Translations under genes and position numbers: made by a program
The notes under the pieces: model-generated
What the model saw: the letters and a program-made list of their open reading frames with translations, nothing else
The model's database searches: none
Told to the model about the DNA's origin: nothing
In this document: positions 38,206 through 48,297 of the stretch, in pieces
Layout: each line of letters begins with the position of its first letter
Numbering within the stretch: position 1 is the first letter of the stretch
Source: a virus
Taxonomy: Duplodnaviria > Caudoviricetes
DNA length: 64,000 bases
Virus record (IMG/VR): IMGVR_UViG_3300042294_003246
Reading direction: 5' to 3' (one strand)

Positions 38206-38874
38206 ATGAAACATTTATTAAACGATTTATCTAACGAAGAAAAAAATAGAATTAGAGAACAATACGAAGGTAGTCTGTTAGTGAATACCTCAAGATTTAA
38301 AAAACTTTTGGAATCTCACCTTGGTAATGTTAAACCATTACTAACCGAAAATCCAACAGGTGACACTGGAAATCAAGAAGTCGTTGGTGGAGGAGGTCAA
38401 GGCTCACCACAGGATGTATATTCTGTAACCGCAAGAATCCAAAATCAGTGTAGACCCGAGGCAGTAACTGCCTATAAATCCGAAGCACAACAAGCACCTC
38501 AATTTGCAACAACAAACAAAGCAGGTCTTCCAGTTAAAATTGATGAAAAAACAATTGAGTTTACAAAAAAATTATATGATGGTATGACATATAAAGGAAA
38601 TATAAAATATAGATATAATTGTGTAGATTTGGATAATTCAGCTACCGCAGTTGGGTTGAATGTTAATGCCGCCAAACCTAATGAATTTACCGCAGTTCCT
38701 GCTTGGGTTGGAAATTATAAAACTTCGGTTATAACTCAGGCAAATCCTAAGGGATTTTTAAGATCTTTTTGCGCATATGCTCTTACTGATATACCAACAA
38801 TAAATAATGTGAATAAAAAGTTAGAATATTGTTGTAAGGATGGATCTGGAGCTCAATCAAGTGTTCCTTGTTAA
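38206..38874 (+). CDS. EKNRI-leader family protein
   Basis: MKHLLNDLSNEEKNRIREQYEG...LLES...LLTEN; TATTTATA at 38184-38191. Confidence 0.7.
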   Translation: MKHLLNDLSNEEKNRIREQYEGSLLVNTSRFKKLLESHLGNVKPLLTENPTGDTGNQEVVGGGGQGSPQDVYSVTARIQNQCRPEAVTAYKSEAQQAPQFATTNKAGLPVKIDEKTIEFTKKLYDGMTYKGNIKYRYNCVDLDNSATAVGLNVNAAKPNEFTAVPAWVGNYKTSVITQANPKGFLRSFCAYALTDIPTINNVNKKLEYCCKDGSGAQSSVPC

Positions 38875-38903
38875 AAAAATATTGTGAATTAAAAAATAAT
38901 AAC

Positions 38904-39254
38904 ATGTATCTCAACAAAAGAAAAACACAAAACATACAAAAATCTAATCTTATCTTAGAACAGAGATATTTGAAGGAACAAGCCCCGCCGCCACCTGCAC
39001 CTCCTGCCGCTCCGGCACCTGCCGCTCCAGCGGATTCACCTACCACACCATCTAGTAGTTCAACAAGAACTCCAATTAAACCTATGGTAAAAGCATCAGG
39101 ACCAAAATCAATTAAAGGTAATGATGGTAAAGTTATTGAATGGGAAAAACAGACTGAAGATCAGAAAAAAAATGTTGCAACTAAATGTGGTCACAAATCC
39201 GTGGACGAATATGAAAAGTCTGAATGGAAATGTGCGGTCCAAGAGGTTAAATAA
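38904..39254 (+). CDS. Leader-bearing Pro/Ala-rich protein
   Basis: Likely start ATG 38904: MYLNKRKTQNIQKSNLILEQRYLKEQAPPPP. Confidence 0.65.
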   Translation: MYLNKRKTQNIQKSNLILEQRYLKEQAPPPPAPPAAPAPAAPADSPTTPSSSSTRTPIKPMVKASGPKSIKGNDGKVIEWEKQTEDQKKNVATKCGHKSVDEYEKSEWKCAVQEVK

Positions 39255-39311
39255 TTTTTTCATTATTTAAAGAATTTTACATTTATAAAACTATTTATAA
39301 AAAAAAGTTTT

Positions 39312-40220
39312 ATGAAAAAGAATTTATTTGTATTATCGGAAAATGAAAAAAATCGGATTTTAAACATGCACAAATCCGCAACTAAACAAAATTATGTTTT
39401 TGAACAAGCCGCACCGGTTGTAGATCCCAATAAACCAAATGTAGATGCTGTTACAGGAAACCAAGGAACTCCTGTTGTAGGAGCGGTTACACCTCAATCC
39501 TCAGTGTCTAATATCCCAACACAAACAGCACCAGCGGCAGGAGCGACTCCAGCGGCAGGAGCGACCCCAGCGGCAGGAGCAACACCCGATAAAAAAACAA
39601 TAATGTTACATGATCTTGATTATGATTATAAAAAAGAAGGTGACAAATACTTCTTTAAAATTAAGGCGGACGCTGTATCACCAAATTTACAAAAACTTTT
39701 CAAACAGGGTAAGTTCAAAGATTTTACAGAGGCTAAACCAGGAACTAAATCATTTGACGCCATCAGCAAACTTAATTGGGCTAAAGGAGATAAACTTGAT
39801 GTAAAACCGGCGTCCTCAATGAAAGTATCGTCACCTAGTTTAACCGCATCTCCACAAGGAGGTGCTGCACCCGCAGCCGGATCAAACTCAACAACATTAC
39901 AAGACCCTGTTGGAGAAGCAAAAAAACTTATGCCAAATATTAGTTCATTAGATCCTGCGAAACAAAAAGAAGTTGCCACATGGTCAAAATCACCGGCAGG
40001 AGAGTATATTCTAAAACTTCCGCCAGATCAGAGAGAAAAGGCTTTAGATAATTTAGAAAAGAAAAGTGGTGATCAAACAACAAAGGCATTAAAATCAGAT
40101 ATTAGAACCGCACTTGGAATGGCTGCCGACACGGCATTTCAAAGATTAGGTCAAGGAATAAAAGGAGCGGTTGCTGGATTCAAAGCAGGAGCTCAAGGAC
40201 AACAACCACCAACAGCCTAA
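39312..40220 (+). CDS. EKNRI-leader Ala/Pro-rich protein
   Basis: MKKNLFVLSENEKNRILNMHKSATKQNYVFEQ; AAGATP x3; TATTTATA at 39292-39299. Confidence 0.75.
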   Translation: MKKNLFVLSENEKNRILNMHKSATKQNYVFEQAAPVVDPNKPNVDAVTGNQGTPVVGAVTPQSSVSNIPTQTAPAAGATPAAGATPAAGATPDKKTIMLHDLDYDYKKEGDKYFFKIKADAVSPNLQKLFKQGKFKDFTEAKPGTKSFDAISKLNWAKGDKLDVKPASSMKVSSPSLTASPQGGAAPAAGSNSTTLQDPVGEAKKLMPNISSLDPAKQKEVATWSKSPAGEYILKLPPDQREKALDNLEKKSGDQTTKALKSDIRTALGMAADTAFQRLGQGIKGAVAGFKAGAQGQQPPTA

Positions 40221-40227
40221 TTAGGGT

Positions 40228-40710
40228 ATGAAAAGACTTATAATTACAGAAGACGAAAAAAAAAGAATCAAACTTCTTTATGAGCAATCAACTTTTGTGA
40301 AAGATATGGCAAAAACTTTTAACTCATCTGAGGAATCTTTTTTGCCGTTGGATTGGTCGACTTTGGAAAAAACCGATCCTAAAAGGGCTGAGTATGGTCA
40401 AAATTTATCTAAAGTAAAAACCGCGTTTCAAAACTTCACAAATAAGGCGTGGAATGGTAAAACTGATATTTCAAAAACTATATCATATTTACAAAACTAT
40501 AATATCGATAATAAATACCAAAAACGATGGTTAGATTCCGCAGTTAAAACTTTACAACATTTACAAAACCAAATAAAAAGTAGCGATAACACCCAAAGTA
40601 AAACTAATACTACCACAACAAATACCACAACTAATTCTACAAACGTAACAACACCATCGTTTTCGGATTGGAGATCAAAATTAAATCAACAGTTTGGCAT
40701 AAATTCATAA
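40228..40710 (+). CDS. Leader family protein
   Basis: MKRLIITEDEKKRIKLLYEQ. Confidence 0.7.
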   Translation: MKRLIITEDEKKRIKLLYEQSTFVKDMAKTFNSSEESFLPLDWSTLEKTDPKRAEYGQNLSKVKTAFQNFTNKAWNGKTDISKTISYLQNYNIDNKYQKRWLDSAVKTLQHLQNQIKSSDNTQSKTNTTTTNTTTNSTNVTTPSFSDWRSKLNQQFGINS

Positions 40711-40714
40711 AATA

Positions 40715-41191
40715 ATGTTTACCATCAAAAAAAGAAACTTATTAAATCTCATAAGTGAATCTTCTAATTACGTTTCCGACATTTACACAGAAGAAAAATT
40801 AAGACGAGTTAATAAGATAATTAAAGACATGGTTTTTACTTTCGAAGGTCAACTTTCAATAGGTCTCGATTGGAAAGCAAAATTTGATTATCAGTTTCAA
40901 ATCAAAGGGGTTAGACAAATGATCTCAGTTGGTGAATTATATGATTATTTAATGGTTGATGTTACAATTATTGATGGAGATAAAATGTTTTTGGTTTCTG
41001 CTAAATTGATGGGGTCTTCAATTACTAATGAATATCGACTCAAAAATAATTTATCAACTAGTATATCCGAAGAACTCCAATACTTTTTTGGTTCAGATTA
41101 TGTTAGAGTAACATTAGATAAAGACAAAAGTTCAATAAAACTAAGTGACGAACTAAAGGAAAAAATAGATAACTTTATTTTTGAAAGATAA
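40715..41191 (+). CDS. Hypothetical protein with LISES leader-like N-terminus
   Basis: MFTIKKRNLLNLISESS. Confidence 0.6.
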   Translation: MFTIKKRNLLNLISESSNYVSDIYTEEKLRRVNKIIKDMVFTFEGQLSIGLDWKAKFDYQFQIKGVRQMISVGELYDYLMVDVTIIDGDKMFLVSAKLMGSSITNEYRLKNNLSTSISEELQYFFGSDYVRVTLDKDKSSIKLSDELKEKIDNFIFER

Positions 41192-41214
41192 AAAAAAATG
41201 AAGTATTTATTAAT

Positions 41215-41559
41215 ATGAAAAATAATTTAACAGAATCAGACATCAATAGAATCGTATTTGATGTTATAAATGAATCTGAAGAAGTAAAAGAAGGTTGGTT
41301 TAGTAATTTGTTTAAAGATAAATATACAATTTACTCGGAGGAGCTTGAAGAAATAATGCAAGATTTAATCAAAAACGTTTACTCCGATCGAGATATTATT
41401 TCCAACATCAAAGAACTATATTCCAAAATTCAAAGTTCTGATATGGATAGAAGAGACAAGAGAGAATTACTCGAAATAATGTATGAACTTTATCAGTTGA
41501 TAAATGAAACTCAAACAAAGGTAAATCGATATATTCATAGATTACAACGATTAAGATAA
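41215..41559 (+). CDS. TESDI leader family protein
   Basis: MKNNLTESDINRIVFDVINESEEVKEG; TATTTAT at 41204-41210. Confidence 0.7.
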   Translation: MKNNLTESDINRIVFDVINESEEVKEGWFSNLFKDKYTIYSEELEEIMQDLIKNVYSDRDIISNIKELYSKIQSSDMDRRDKRELLEIMYELYQLINETQTKVNRYIHRLQRLR

Positions 41560-41564
41560 ATATT

Positions 41565-42035
41565 GTGAAACCATATCAAAAATATTCTGATAGAGCACTC
41601 ATACCGATTCTCAAAGACATTATTGAATCTTTAGAATCCAATAATATGTATTTGGAAGATATAGATGATGTTAATCATAACCTTGGAGAGTTGTCAGAAA
41701 TTATAACAGATGAATTAACTTCTTACTTTACAAATGTTGATTTTGAAGATGTGACATTTTTTATGGCACTTATAATAATGAATGATGATTTCGAATCGCC
41801 TCTCAAAAGGCCTGAGTTAAGAACATTTGAAATTACTCATGTTTATCAAAGGGTGGAAACGGTAAATTATACTTATAGAAATGAGATGAAAAGTTTCATA
41901 CCATTAGATAATTCCATTTTAGGTGAATTACAAAGTAGTGGTGAATATGAACCATTTGAAGGTGAATCAATTGACGAAGACACTGTTGATGGTGATTATG
42001 GTGATGATTGGATAGAACATATTGAAGAAATCTAA
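41565..42035 (+). CDS. Acidic hypothetical protein
   Basis: 156-aa ORF, GTG start. Confidence 0.6.
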   Translation: MKPYQKYSDRALIPILKDIIESLESNNMYLEDIDDVNHNLGELSEIITDELTSYFTNVDFEDVTFFMALIIMNDDFESPLKRPELRTFEITHVYQRVETVNYTYRNEMKSFIPLDNSILGELQSSGEYEPFEGESIDEDTVDGDYGDDWIEHIEEI

Positions 42036-42055
42036 AAATTTTCTATATTTGTATT

Positions 42056-42370
42056 GTGAAAAAAGCAAGTTCCAGTTTATTTGATTTGGTCTATGGAGAC
42101 CTTATACCCGTAGAGTCAACGATATTTGGTAAAATGTGTTTTATCTTTTACACGGTGGAGGAGGACTTAAAATCTAAAATCTTATATTACCCCTCCACTA
42201 AAGAAGTTAAGACTCTTAGATCCCTTGAAATTGAGTTCTCAGAGTTTATACCACTTCATAGAGATGAGTTTATAAAACAATTTTCAGAATGGATGAGATC
42301 AAGATACTCTGACGAAATGATTTTTAGAGGGGTTGAGTATGTGGATTTTTTAGAAGAATTACTTGTGTGA
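42056..42370 (+). CDS. Hypothetical protein (host-type promoter)
   Basis: TATATTTG at 42044-42051, just before the GTG start. Confidence 0.55.
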   Translation: MKKASSSLFDLVYGDLIPVESTIFGKMCFIFYTVEEDLKSKILYYPSTKEVKTLRSLEIEFSEFIPLHRDEFIKQFSEWMRSRYSDEMIFRGVEYVDFLEELLV

Positions 42371-42381
42371 TATTTATTTAT

Positions 42382-42723
42382 ATGAAAATCAACGAAGAAT
42401 TAAACCAAATCAAATATCTTTTAGAGTATAAAAGAGGACAAGAAATTAACGAAATGGTTTTTTCTAATTTACCCGGTGTTCAGCCTGATAAAATGGATTA
42501 TAGAAGACCAATACCTGATCCTGATATTATACCTGATTGTTTTACTCAAATGTTAAAATCAGATTTAAACATGGTTTCTTTTGATAAAAACACGTTAAAA
42601 GATGAATCACAAAAAAGAGTTAATGGTGTTGATATGATTTTTAATCCTGATAGTCCATCTGACGAATTGGGTATTACAATAATAAAAGATGGAAAACCTT
42701 TTTGTTTTGTAAAAAAATTTTAA
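42382..42723 (+). CDS. MKINEEL leader family protein
   Basis: Start ATG 42382: MKINEELNQIKYLLEYKRGQEINEM; TATTTAT at 42371-42377. Confidence 0.7.
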   Translation: MKINEELNQIKYLLEYKRGQEINEMVFSNLPGVQPDKMDYRRPIPDPDIIPDCFTQMLKSDLNMVSFDKNTLKDESQKRVNGVDMIFNPDSPSDELGITIIKDGKPFCFVKKF

Positions 42724-42775
42724 AAAAAAATAGTTTTTTATCTGAAATCAAATATTTATAAACAAAACAAAAATT

Positions 42776-43288
42776 ATGGGAAGAAAAATTAGACTTACAG
42801 AATCTGAATTTCATTCTTTAGTAAGAAGACTTGTTCGTGAGGCTGAAGAAGAAATGATGTCAATTACAATGGATGATGAAGAATCCGAAGGAATGTCAAA
42901 AGAAGACACCGTTCATGCGGTTGCTGACTTCTTTAAAAGAAAATTAAGAAGATTAGATAGTGACGAAATCGAAGAACTTGAGGATATGGTTGTTAATTCT
43001 GAAACAGAAGATCTAACTGAAATGTTTTTAAGAGAAGACATTTCTGATAGAAAAAAATCTTTTAAAGAAAAGGCAATGATTCGTGGTGGAATTGGTATGA
43101 TGGGAGCAGGAATACTTGGAATGATTAGTCAAGCAATGGGTTATACTGATGCTGGAGACCTTATGATTGCGGTTCACGATTACGTTGACAAAATGGGTGG
43201 TGGTCCTGTGAGCACCGCAGTATTAATTGCTGGTTTAGTTATGGCACTTAAAGGTGCTGCTGACAGAGGCCTTAGAACAGGAAGATAA
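42776..43288 (+). CDS. TESEF leader protein with C-terminal hydrophobic Gly-rich hairpin
   Basis: MGRKIRLTESEFHSLVRRLVREA; two hydrophobic segments near the C-terminus; TATTTATA at 42753-42760. Confidence 0.7.
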   Translation: MGRKIRLTESEFHSLVRRLVREAEEEMMSITMDDEESEGMSKEDTVHAVADFFKRKLRRLDSDEIEELEDMVVNSETEDLTEMFLREDISDRKKSFKEKAMIRGGIGMMGAGILGMISQAMGYTDAGDLMIAVHDYVDKMGGGPVSTAVLIAGLVMALKGAADRGLRTGR

Positions 43289-43289
43289 T

Positions 43290-43322
43290 AAAATCCCCTC
43301 TATAAAGAGGGGTTTTTTTATT
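43290..43322. terminator. Bidirectional intrinsic terminator
   Basis: AAAATCCCCTCT-ATAA-AGAGGGGTTTTTTT between convergent genes. Confidence 0.75.
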
Positions 43323-43644
43323 TCTTTTCTTTAAGATGTTCTTGTAAGATTTCAATAATCTGATCGATTTCTTCTTTTTCCTTTTTGTCCGAAGACTTAA
43401 AGTTTGTCGTTTTATAAAGTATTTCCCAATAAAAAATGTAATGTAACAGAAACATTATTAACAGGGAATTATACGAAACTCCAAAAAAGAATAAAAAAGT
43501 CCCACCAAAAGTTAAAATCGTATATAAAAAATAATATAACTCTGAGTTTGTAAAAGACAAAAACTTATATTGTCTAATTATTTTTTTTAACTTTTCTTTT
43601 GGTAGGTCTTTGTATAAATCAACCTCTTCTCTTAATTTTGACAT
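43318..43644 (-). CDS. Membrane protein
   Basis: Central hydrophobic hairpin. Confidence 0.55.
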   Translation of the reverse strand: MSKLREEVDLYKDLPKEKLKKIIRQYKFLSFTNSELYYFLYTILTFGGTFLFFFGVSYNSLLIMFLLHYIFYWEILYKTTNFKSSDKKEKEEIDQIIEILQEHLKEKK

Positions 43645-43709
43645 ATCAATAAATATTTTAGTTATCCTGTATTACTACAAAGATAAATAAAAATAATTGA
43701 TATAAAAAA

Positions 43710-44135
43710 TTAATTTACAGAAACAAGTTCTAAATCAAAAATTAATTTTTTTCCTGCCAATGGGTGATTAGCGTCCAAAACAACATTAGTTTCGTTTACT
43801 TCTTTAACCATAACATTCATAGGTCCTTGTTGTGTCATAGTTTGTAACATTTGGCCTACCTCAACATTTTCAGGAACTCTGTCTTTTGGAACCTCAACAA
43901 CTAAATCTTCTCTAAGATCCCCATATGCTTCAGTATGATCCATCTCAATAGTTTTTTTATCACCTTCTTTCATACCCAAAAGACCTTTTTCAAAACCAGG
44001 AATTAAAGAACCTTGACCCAAAGTTGCCGATAATGGTTCACGACCTTCCATTAATGAAGTGTCAAAAACAGATCCATCTTCTAATTTTCCCGTGTAATTA
44101 ACAGTCACGGTGCTGTTTACCTCAACAATTTTCAT
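43710..44135 (-). CDS. FKBP-type peptidyl-prolyl isomerase (SlyD/FkpB-like with IF domain)
   Basis: VTVNYTGKLEDGSVFDTS...GQGSLIPGFEKGL...AYG...LDANHPLAGKKLIFDLE. Confidence 0.93.
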   Translation of the reverse strand: MKIVEVNSTVTVNYTGKLEDGSVFDTSLMEGREPLSATLGQGSLIPGFEKGLLGMKEGDKKTIEMDHTEAYGDLREDLVVEVPKDRVPENVEVGQMLQTMTQQGPMNVMVKEVNETNVVLDANHPLAGKKLIFDLELVSVN

Positions 44136-44195
44136 AAATTTTTTTTTCTAATCATAAAACAAAAAAATGTTTTTGTAAAACTATATTTATAATAT

Positions 44196-44390
44196 ATGTT
44201 AGATTTTTTAAAACATTTATATTTAACTCTTATAAATAAATACGGATCCTTTATGTGGTTTGGAGTCCATATGGGAGTGACACAAGTTGATTGGCATTGG
44301 TTTTTAGAATTTTTTTTGTGCGTGTTGATTAATTCCATGGTTTTACATACAATTTACCTTGAGTGGAAAGATGCGAAGTCCAAAAATTAG
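44196..44390 (+). CDS. Small membrane protein
   Basis: 64 aa, hydrophobic; TATTTATA at 44184-44191. Confidence 0.5.
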   Translation: MLDFLKHLYLTLINKYGSFMWFGVHMGVTQVDWHWFLEFFLCVLINSMVLHTIYLEWKDAKSKN

Positions 44391-44453
44391 CATTTATATT
44401 GATTGGACTTTTATTCAATAACAACTTAACAAGATAAATAACGTATTTAAATT

Positions 44454-46904
44454 ATGAAACACATTTTATTTTTATTTTTATTCCCCCTTTTTATTTATTC
44501 TCAGTATTGTCCTTATATTGGACCTGACTTAACTTTACCTTGTGGTGTAAACTCAACAACGTTAACTGCTGATCCATCACAATGTGGTCAAGGAGCCCTT
44601 CCTCAAGGAACCTCTAATTACGGAGTTACTAACATACCTTATGTTGTACAAGTTAATAACGGAACATTGGTACAACTTAGTGATGATTCACAATCTAATA
44701 CGTTTAATATTGGGTTTACTTTTTGTTTTTACGGTTCTAATTATACACAGTTTCGTATAGGATCAAATGGATGGATTTCGTTGGGTGCTGGAGTTCAACC
44801 AGCCACTTTTGCCACTCAAGCAATACCTTCAGCAAATGCCGCAGTTCCCAAAAATTGTATTATGGGTCCGTGGCAAGATTGGAATCCAAGTTTAGGGGGT
44901 CAAATTAGATATCAAGTACAAGGAACTGCCCCTTGTCGTAAATTAGTAGTCAGTTGGATAGGTGTTCCTATGTTTTCTTGTACAAACCTTCAGGGAACTT
45001 TTCATATTATTCTTTACGAATCAACTAACGTGATTGAAAATCATATTGCAAATAAACCCGCATGTAATCAATGGGCAGGAGGAACCGCAGTTCAGGGTAT
45101 TCACAACCTTTTAGGAAATGCGGCAGTTCCTGTTGCAGGTAGAAACTCAACACAATGGACCACTGTTAACAATGCTTATCGTTGGACGCCAAGTGGAGGT
45201 GTAATTCAGCCAACATGGACTTGGTATCAGGTTGGAAACCCTAACCCAATTGGTACGGGATTGAGTATTACTGTTACTCCTCCAATCGGAGGAGCTTATT
45301 ATACCTGCCAACCAGTGTTCCCTTCTTGTAATGCTGGTTGGTCCTCTTGTAACGCAGGAGTTGGACAAGGTCCTGATACAATTTTAGTAACACCAACACC
45401 AAATTTACCACCTCCCACAATTACTCCAACAGATCCTTTGTGTAATAATGGTTGTAATGGATCAATAGTTGTAACTCCTGTTGGCGGATTAGGTCCTTAT
45501 ATTATCAATTGGTCTAATGGGTCAAACACTCTAACATTAAATAATTTGTGTTCAGGGACATATAATTTCTCTTTGACCGATGCAAATGGGTGTGTATATA
45601 ACGGAACTTCAACTTTATTAAACCCACCACCATTACAATTACCAACAGTAACGTCAACTAACCCAACTTGTTTTGGTTATTGTGACGGATCATCAATTGT
45701 TAATCCTATAGATGGACTTGCACCATACACATATCTTTGGAATGATGGTCAAACCACTCAAACGGCAACTAATTTATGTTCGGGAAACTATTCTGTGACT
45801 GTTACAGACGCAAATAACTGTCCTGTAACTCAAACCACAACGTTAGTTGATCCTCCACTTGTAACAATTAACCCGATTACAGGATCAGACACAGTTTGTT
45901 TTAACTCTACAGGTAATTTATACAACGTCTCAAGTGTTTTTCCTAACCTAAACTACGTATGGACTAACACGATGGGAAATATCTCGTCAGGACAAGGGAC
46001 AAATCAAATAAATTTGGACGTAACTGGTGTGAATGGGGGTCTATATTCCAATACTTTATCAGTTATTGGTGTAAATCAAGTTGGATGTCAGTCACAACCT
46101 CAAACTTTTTCTATTGTTGTATTGAATATACTACCTGTAATTACACCTATCGGTCCGTTTTGTGAATATGACAACTGTATTAACTTAATTGCAACCCCAC
46201 CTAATGGAATTTTCAGTGGATTAAACGTTTGGGGTAATCAATATTGTCCTGACAATGGGTTTATTGGGTTAGATTTTGTAAATTATATGTATTCTCAGTC
46301 AGGATGTTGGTTTGATACGTCAATTAACGTTCAAGTTTATCCACGACCTAACATTTTACCTGTGACAAATGGTGTTGTTGATGAGAATTTAGAGTATCAT
46401 CAAATATGTGAGGGTGATACTGTATCAGATGTGTTTAGTTTATCATCAGTTAGTGGTGGATATAACGAATGGTATGTGTTTGGGGATACAATTACTAACA
46501 ATACGTTAAATATAACGTGGGATATGGACGGTATATTCACTTTTCAGGGAGTAAGATGGGACAATGGGTGTGTTTCTAACCCCCAATCCTTCACCATAAC
46601 CTTAGAATTGTGTCCAAATGAGATATTTTACATCCCAAATGCCTTTACACCCGATGGTGATGAAAGAAATAACATATTAAAACCAATAATCACCTCAGGA
46701 GTGGACATTTTTAACTACTCTTTTGTGGTTTTTAATAGGTGGGGACAGATTGTATGGGAATCTTTTAATACCAATGTGGGTTGGGATGGGACATATAACA
46801 ATATTCCTTGTCAAGATGGGGTTTATACGTGGAAATTAAAATTTAAAAGTCCCAAAACCGATGAAATCAAAGAATTTTACGGTAGTTTTACGCTTATTAA
46901 GTAA
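44454..46904 (+). CDS. T9SS type B-sorted adhesin-like protein (SprB repeats, PKD-like, gliding-motility CTD)
   Basis: Signal peptide; two SprB-like repeats (LCNNGCNG, TCFGYCDG...TVTDANNC); GQGTNQI; C-terminal YIPNAFTPDGDERNN...FNRWG...WDGTY...DGVYTW...GSFTLIK. Confidence 0.88.
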   Translation: MKHILFLFLFPLFIYSQYCPYIGPDLTLPCGVNSTTLTADPSQCGQGALPQGTSNYGVTNIPYVVQVNNGTLVQLSDDSQSNTFNIGFTFCFYGSNYTQFRIGSNGWISLGAGVQPATFATQAIPSANAAVPKNCIMGPWQDWNPSLGGQIRYQVQGTAPCRKLVVSWIGVPMFSCTNLQGTFHIILYESTNVIENHIANKPACNQWAGGTAVQGIHNLLGNAAVPVAGRNSTQWTTVNNAYRWTPSGGVIQPTWTWYQVGNPNPIGTGLSITVTPPIGGAYYTCQPVFPSCNAGWSSCNAGVGQGPDTILVTPTPNLPPPTITPTDPLCNNGCNGSIVVTPVGGLGPYIINWSNGSNTLTLNNLCSGTYNFSLTDANGCVYNGTSTLLNPPPLQLPTVTSTNPTCFGYCDGSSIVNPIDGLAPYTYLWNDGQTTQTATNLCSGNYSVTVTDANNCPVTQTTTLVDPPLVTINPITGSDTVCFNSTGNLYNVSSVFPNLNYVWTNTMGNISSGQGTNQINLDVTGVNGGLYSNTLSVIGVNQVGCQSQPQTFSIVVLNILPVITPIGPFCEYDNCINLIATPPNGIFSGLNVWGNQYCPDNGFIGLDFVNYMYSQSGCWFDTSINVQVYPRPNILPVTNGVVDENLEYHQICEGDTVSDVFSLSSVSGGYNEWYVFGDTITNNTLNITWDMDGIFTFQGVRWDNGCVSNPQSFTITLELCPNEIFYIPNAFTPDGDERNNILKPIITSGVDIFNYSFVVFNRWGQIVWESFNTNVGWDGTYNNIPCQDGVYTWKLKFKSPKTDEIKEFYGSFTLIK

Positions 46905-46919
46905 TAGATATTTATTTAT

Positions 46920-47579
46920 ATGAGTAAAAAGAAAAATCCTGAGTTAAAAGAGGGTGATCGCATTGTTTTAATCTACATGCCAGGTGAAGATATTGATACA
47001 GGAACCAAAGGAAGGGTTAAAAGTATTGGTCAAGCACCATCTTTCGGGGAATCACCTAGTTATATGTATAATGTAGAGTGGTTAGATGACGATGGTAAGG
47101 TAATTAGCACCCTTTCTTTACTTCCTGAGGCCGATTCTTGGATATTAGATCCCGAATTTACTCAAAATGACCTAAATGAGGCCAAAAATCGTGTAATAAC
47201 TGACTTAGATGAGTTAATTAGACGACATGAGTGGTCGAGACTCTTTAAAAAGTCCGATTTGAAGTATATTTTAGACTATTTGGAGGTAATTAGACAGTTA
47301 GGTGTGGTAAATATGTTCCAATCAGGTCAATTTTTAGGTCAAACTAAAGATTATTTAACAAAATACTTTGATTTATACCGAATGCAACGTGAATTAGACG
47401 ATAATGATGAAGAAAAAATAGAAAAAATCTTAGAAATGTCTGAAAACGTAAGAAATATCATGATTTCAGCCGCAATTACCGATTTAGAGCAAAAAAATGT
47501 AGAAATTACAGGTAGATCAGCAACAAATAGGGTAAATAAACTAACAACTGAACTTGTAAAACACTTTATGGGTAGATAA
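46920..47579 (+). CDS. Hypothetical two-module protein
   Basis: SH3-like N-terminal part; internal DLNEAK; TATTTAT at 46909-46915. Confidence 0.6.
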   Translation: MSKKKNPELKEGDRIVLIYMPGEDIDTGTKGRVKSIGQAPSFGESPSYMYNVEWLDDDGKVISTLSLLPEADSWILDPEFTQNDLNEAKNRVITDLDELIRRHEWSRLFKKSDLKYILDYLEVIRQLGVVNMFQSGQFLGQTKDYLTKYFDLYRMQRELDDNDEEKIEKILEMSENVRNIMISAAITDLEQKNVEITGRSATNRVNKLTTELVKHFMGR

Positions 47580-47651
47580 TCGTGTTTTTTTTACCTAAAA
47601 ACTTGATTATATCACAAAAATTGACGATTTTTTCATAAAAACACACATATT

Positions 47652-47945
47652 ATGACATTATTATCAATTTCTTTATTAGTTTTTAGTATTATTATCCTTT
47701 TTACTACCATTTTATTCATTATTTGGTGGAAAAAATACGGAAAATCACTATTTTCTACCCTAAAAGACCTAAAAAACATGCAAAATCCGTCAAATTTCGT
47801 TCAAAATCTTGGAAATTTGGATAATTTAGAGGATTTTTATCAAAATATTGGTAATTTTGGGGGTCAAATGGGTAATTTTAACGAAAATATTACTAAATTT
47901 AACCAAAGAATGAGTGAAATTGGTAAAAAAATGGGTCAAAAGTAG
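47652..47945 (+). CDS. Single-pass membrane protein
   Basis: N-terminal TM followed by an Asn-rich tail. Confidence 0.55.
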   Translation: MTLLSISLLVFSIIILFTTILFIIWWKKYGKSLFSTLKDLKNMQNPSNFVQNLGNLDNLEDFYQNIGNFGGQMGNFNENITKFNQRMSEIGKKMGQK

Positions 47946-48047
47946 ATAAAAACACCGAAAAAAGACCTATTTTAGGTCGTTTTTTGTCTCTATATATACA
48001 AAAAAACCCCCTATTTTGGGGGTTTTTACGTTAAAATAGGGGTATTT

Positions 48048-48296
48048 TTACTCGTTTTCAGGATTATCTTCTTTAAAGAAATTGGTTAAAAACTTACCAA
48101 CAACACCAAATATAATAGACGATACTATCATAGACTTTATTTCTAAGGGTGTAAATATGTCTTTTAAGTTGTCGAATTGCCATAAACCACCTATCGCAAG
48201 AACAGAAGCGATTGCCAATAAAGAATCACCCCATTTTCTCCATTTTTTGGGTGTTGGTTTCCAATAATCACTAGTCATTTTTTTTAACTTTGTCAT
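48048..48296 (-). CDS. Small two-TM membrane protein (holin-like)
   Basis: YWKPTPKKWRKWGDSLLAIA...; two hydrophobic helices. Confidence 0.5.
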   Translation of the reverse strand: MTKLKKMTSDYWKPTPKKWRKWGDSLLAIASVLAIGGLWQFDNLKDIFTPLEIKSMIVSSIIFGVVGKFLTNFFKEDNPENE

Positions 48297-48297
48297 T

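Noticed and set aside
39520-39590. Short tandem repeats (AAGATP x3 here; EGPKPS x3 at ~54405-54465) as CRISPR or regulatory arrays
   Set aside because: They are in-frame coding repeats without unique spacers. No CRISPR array was found in the window.
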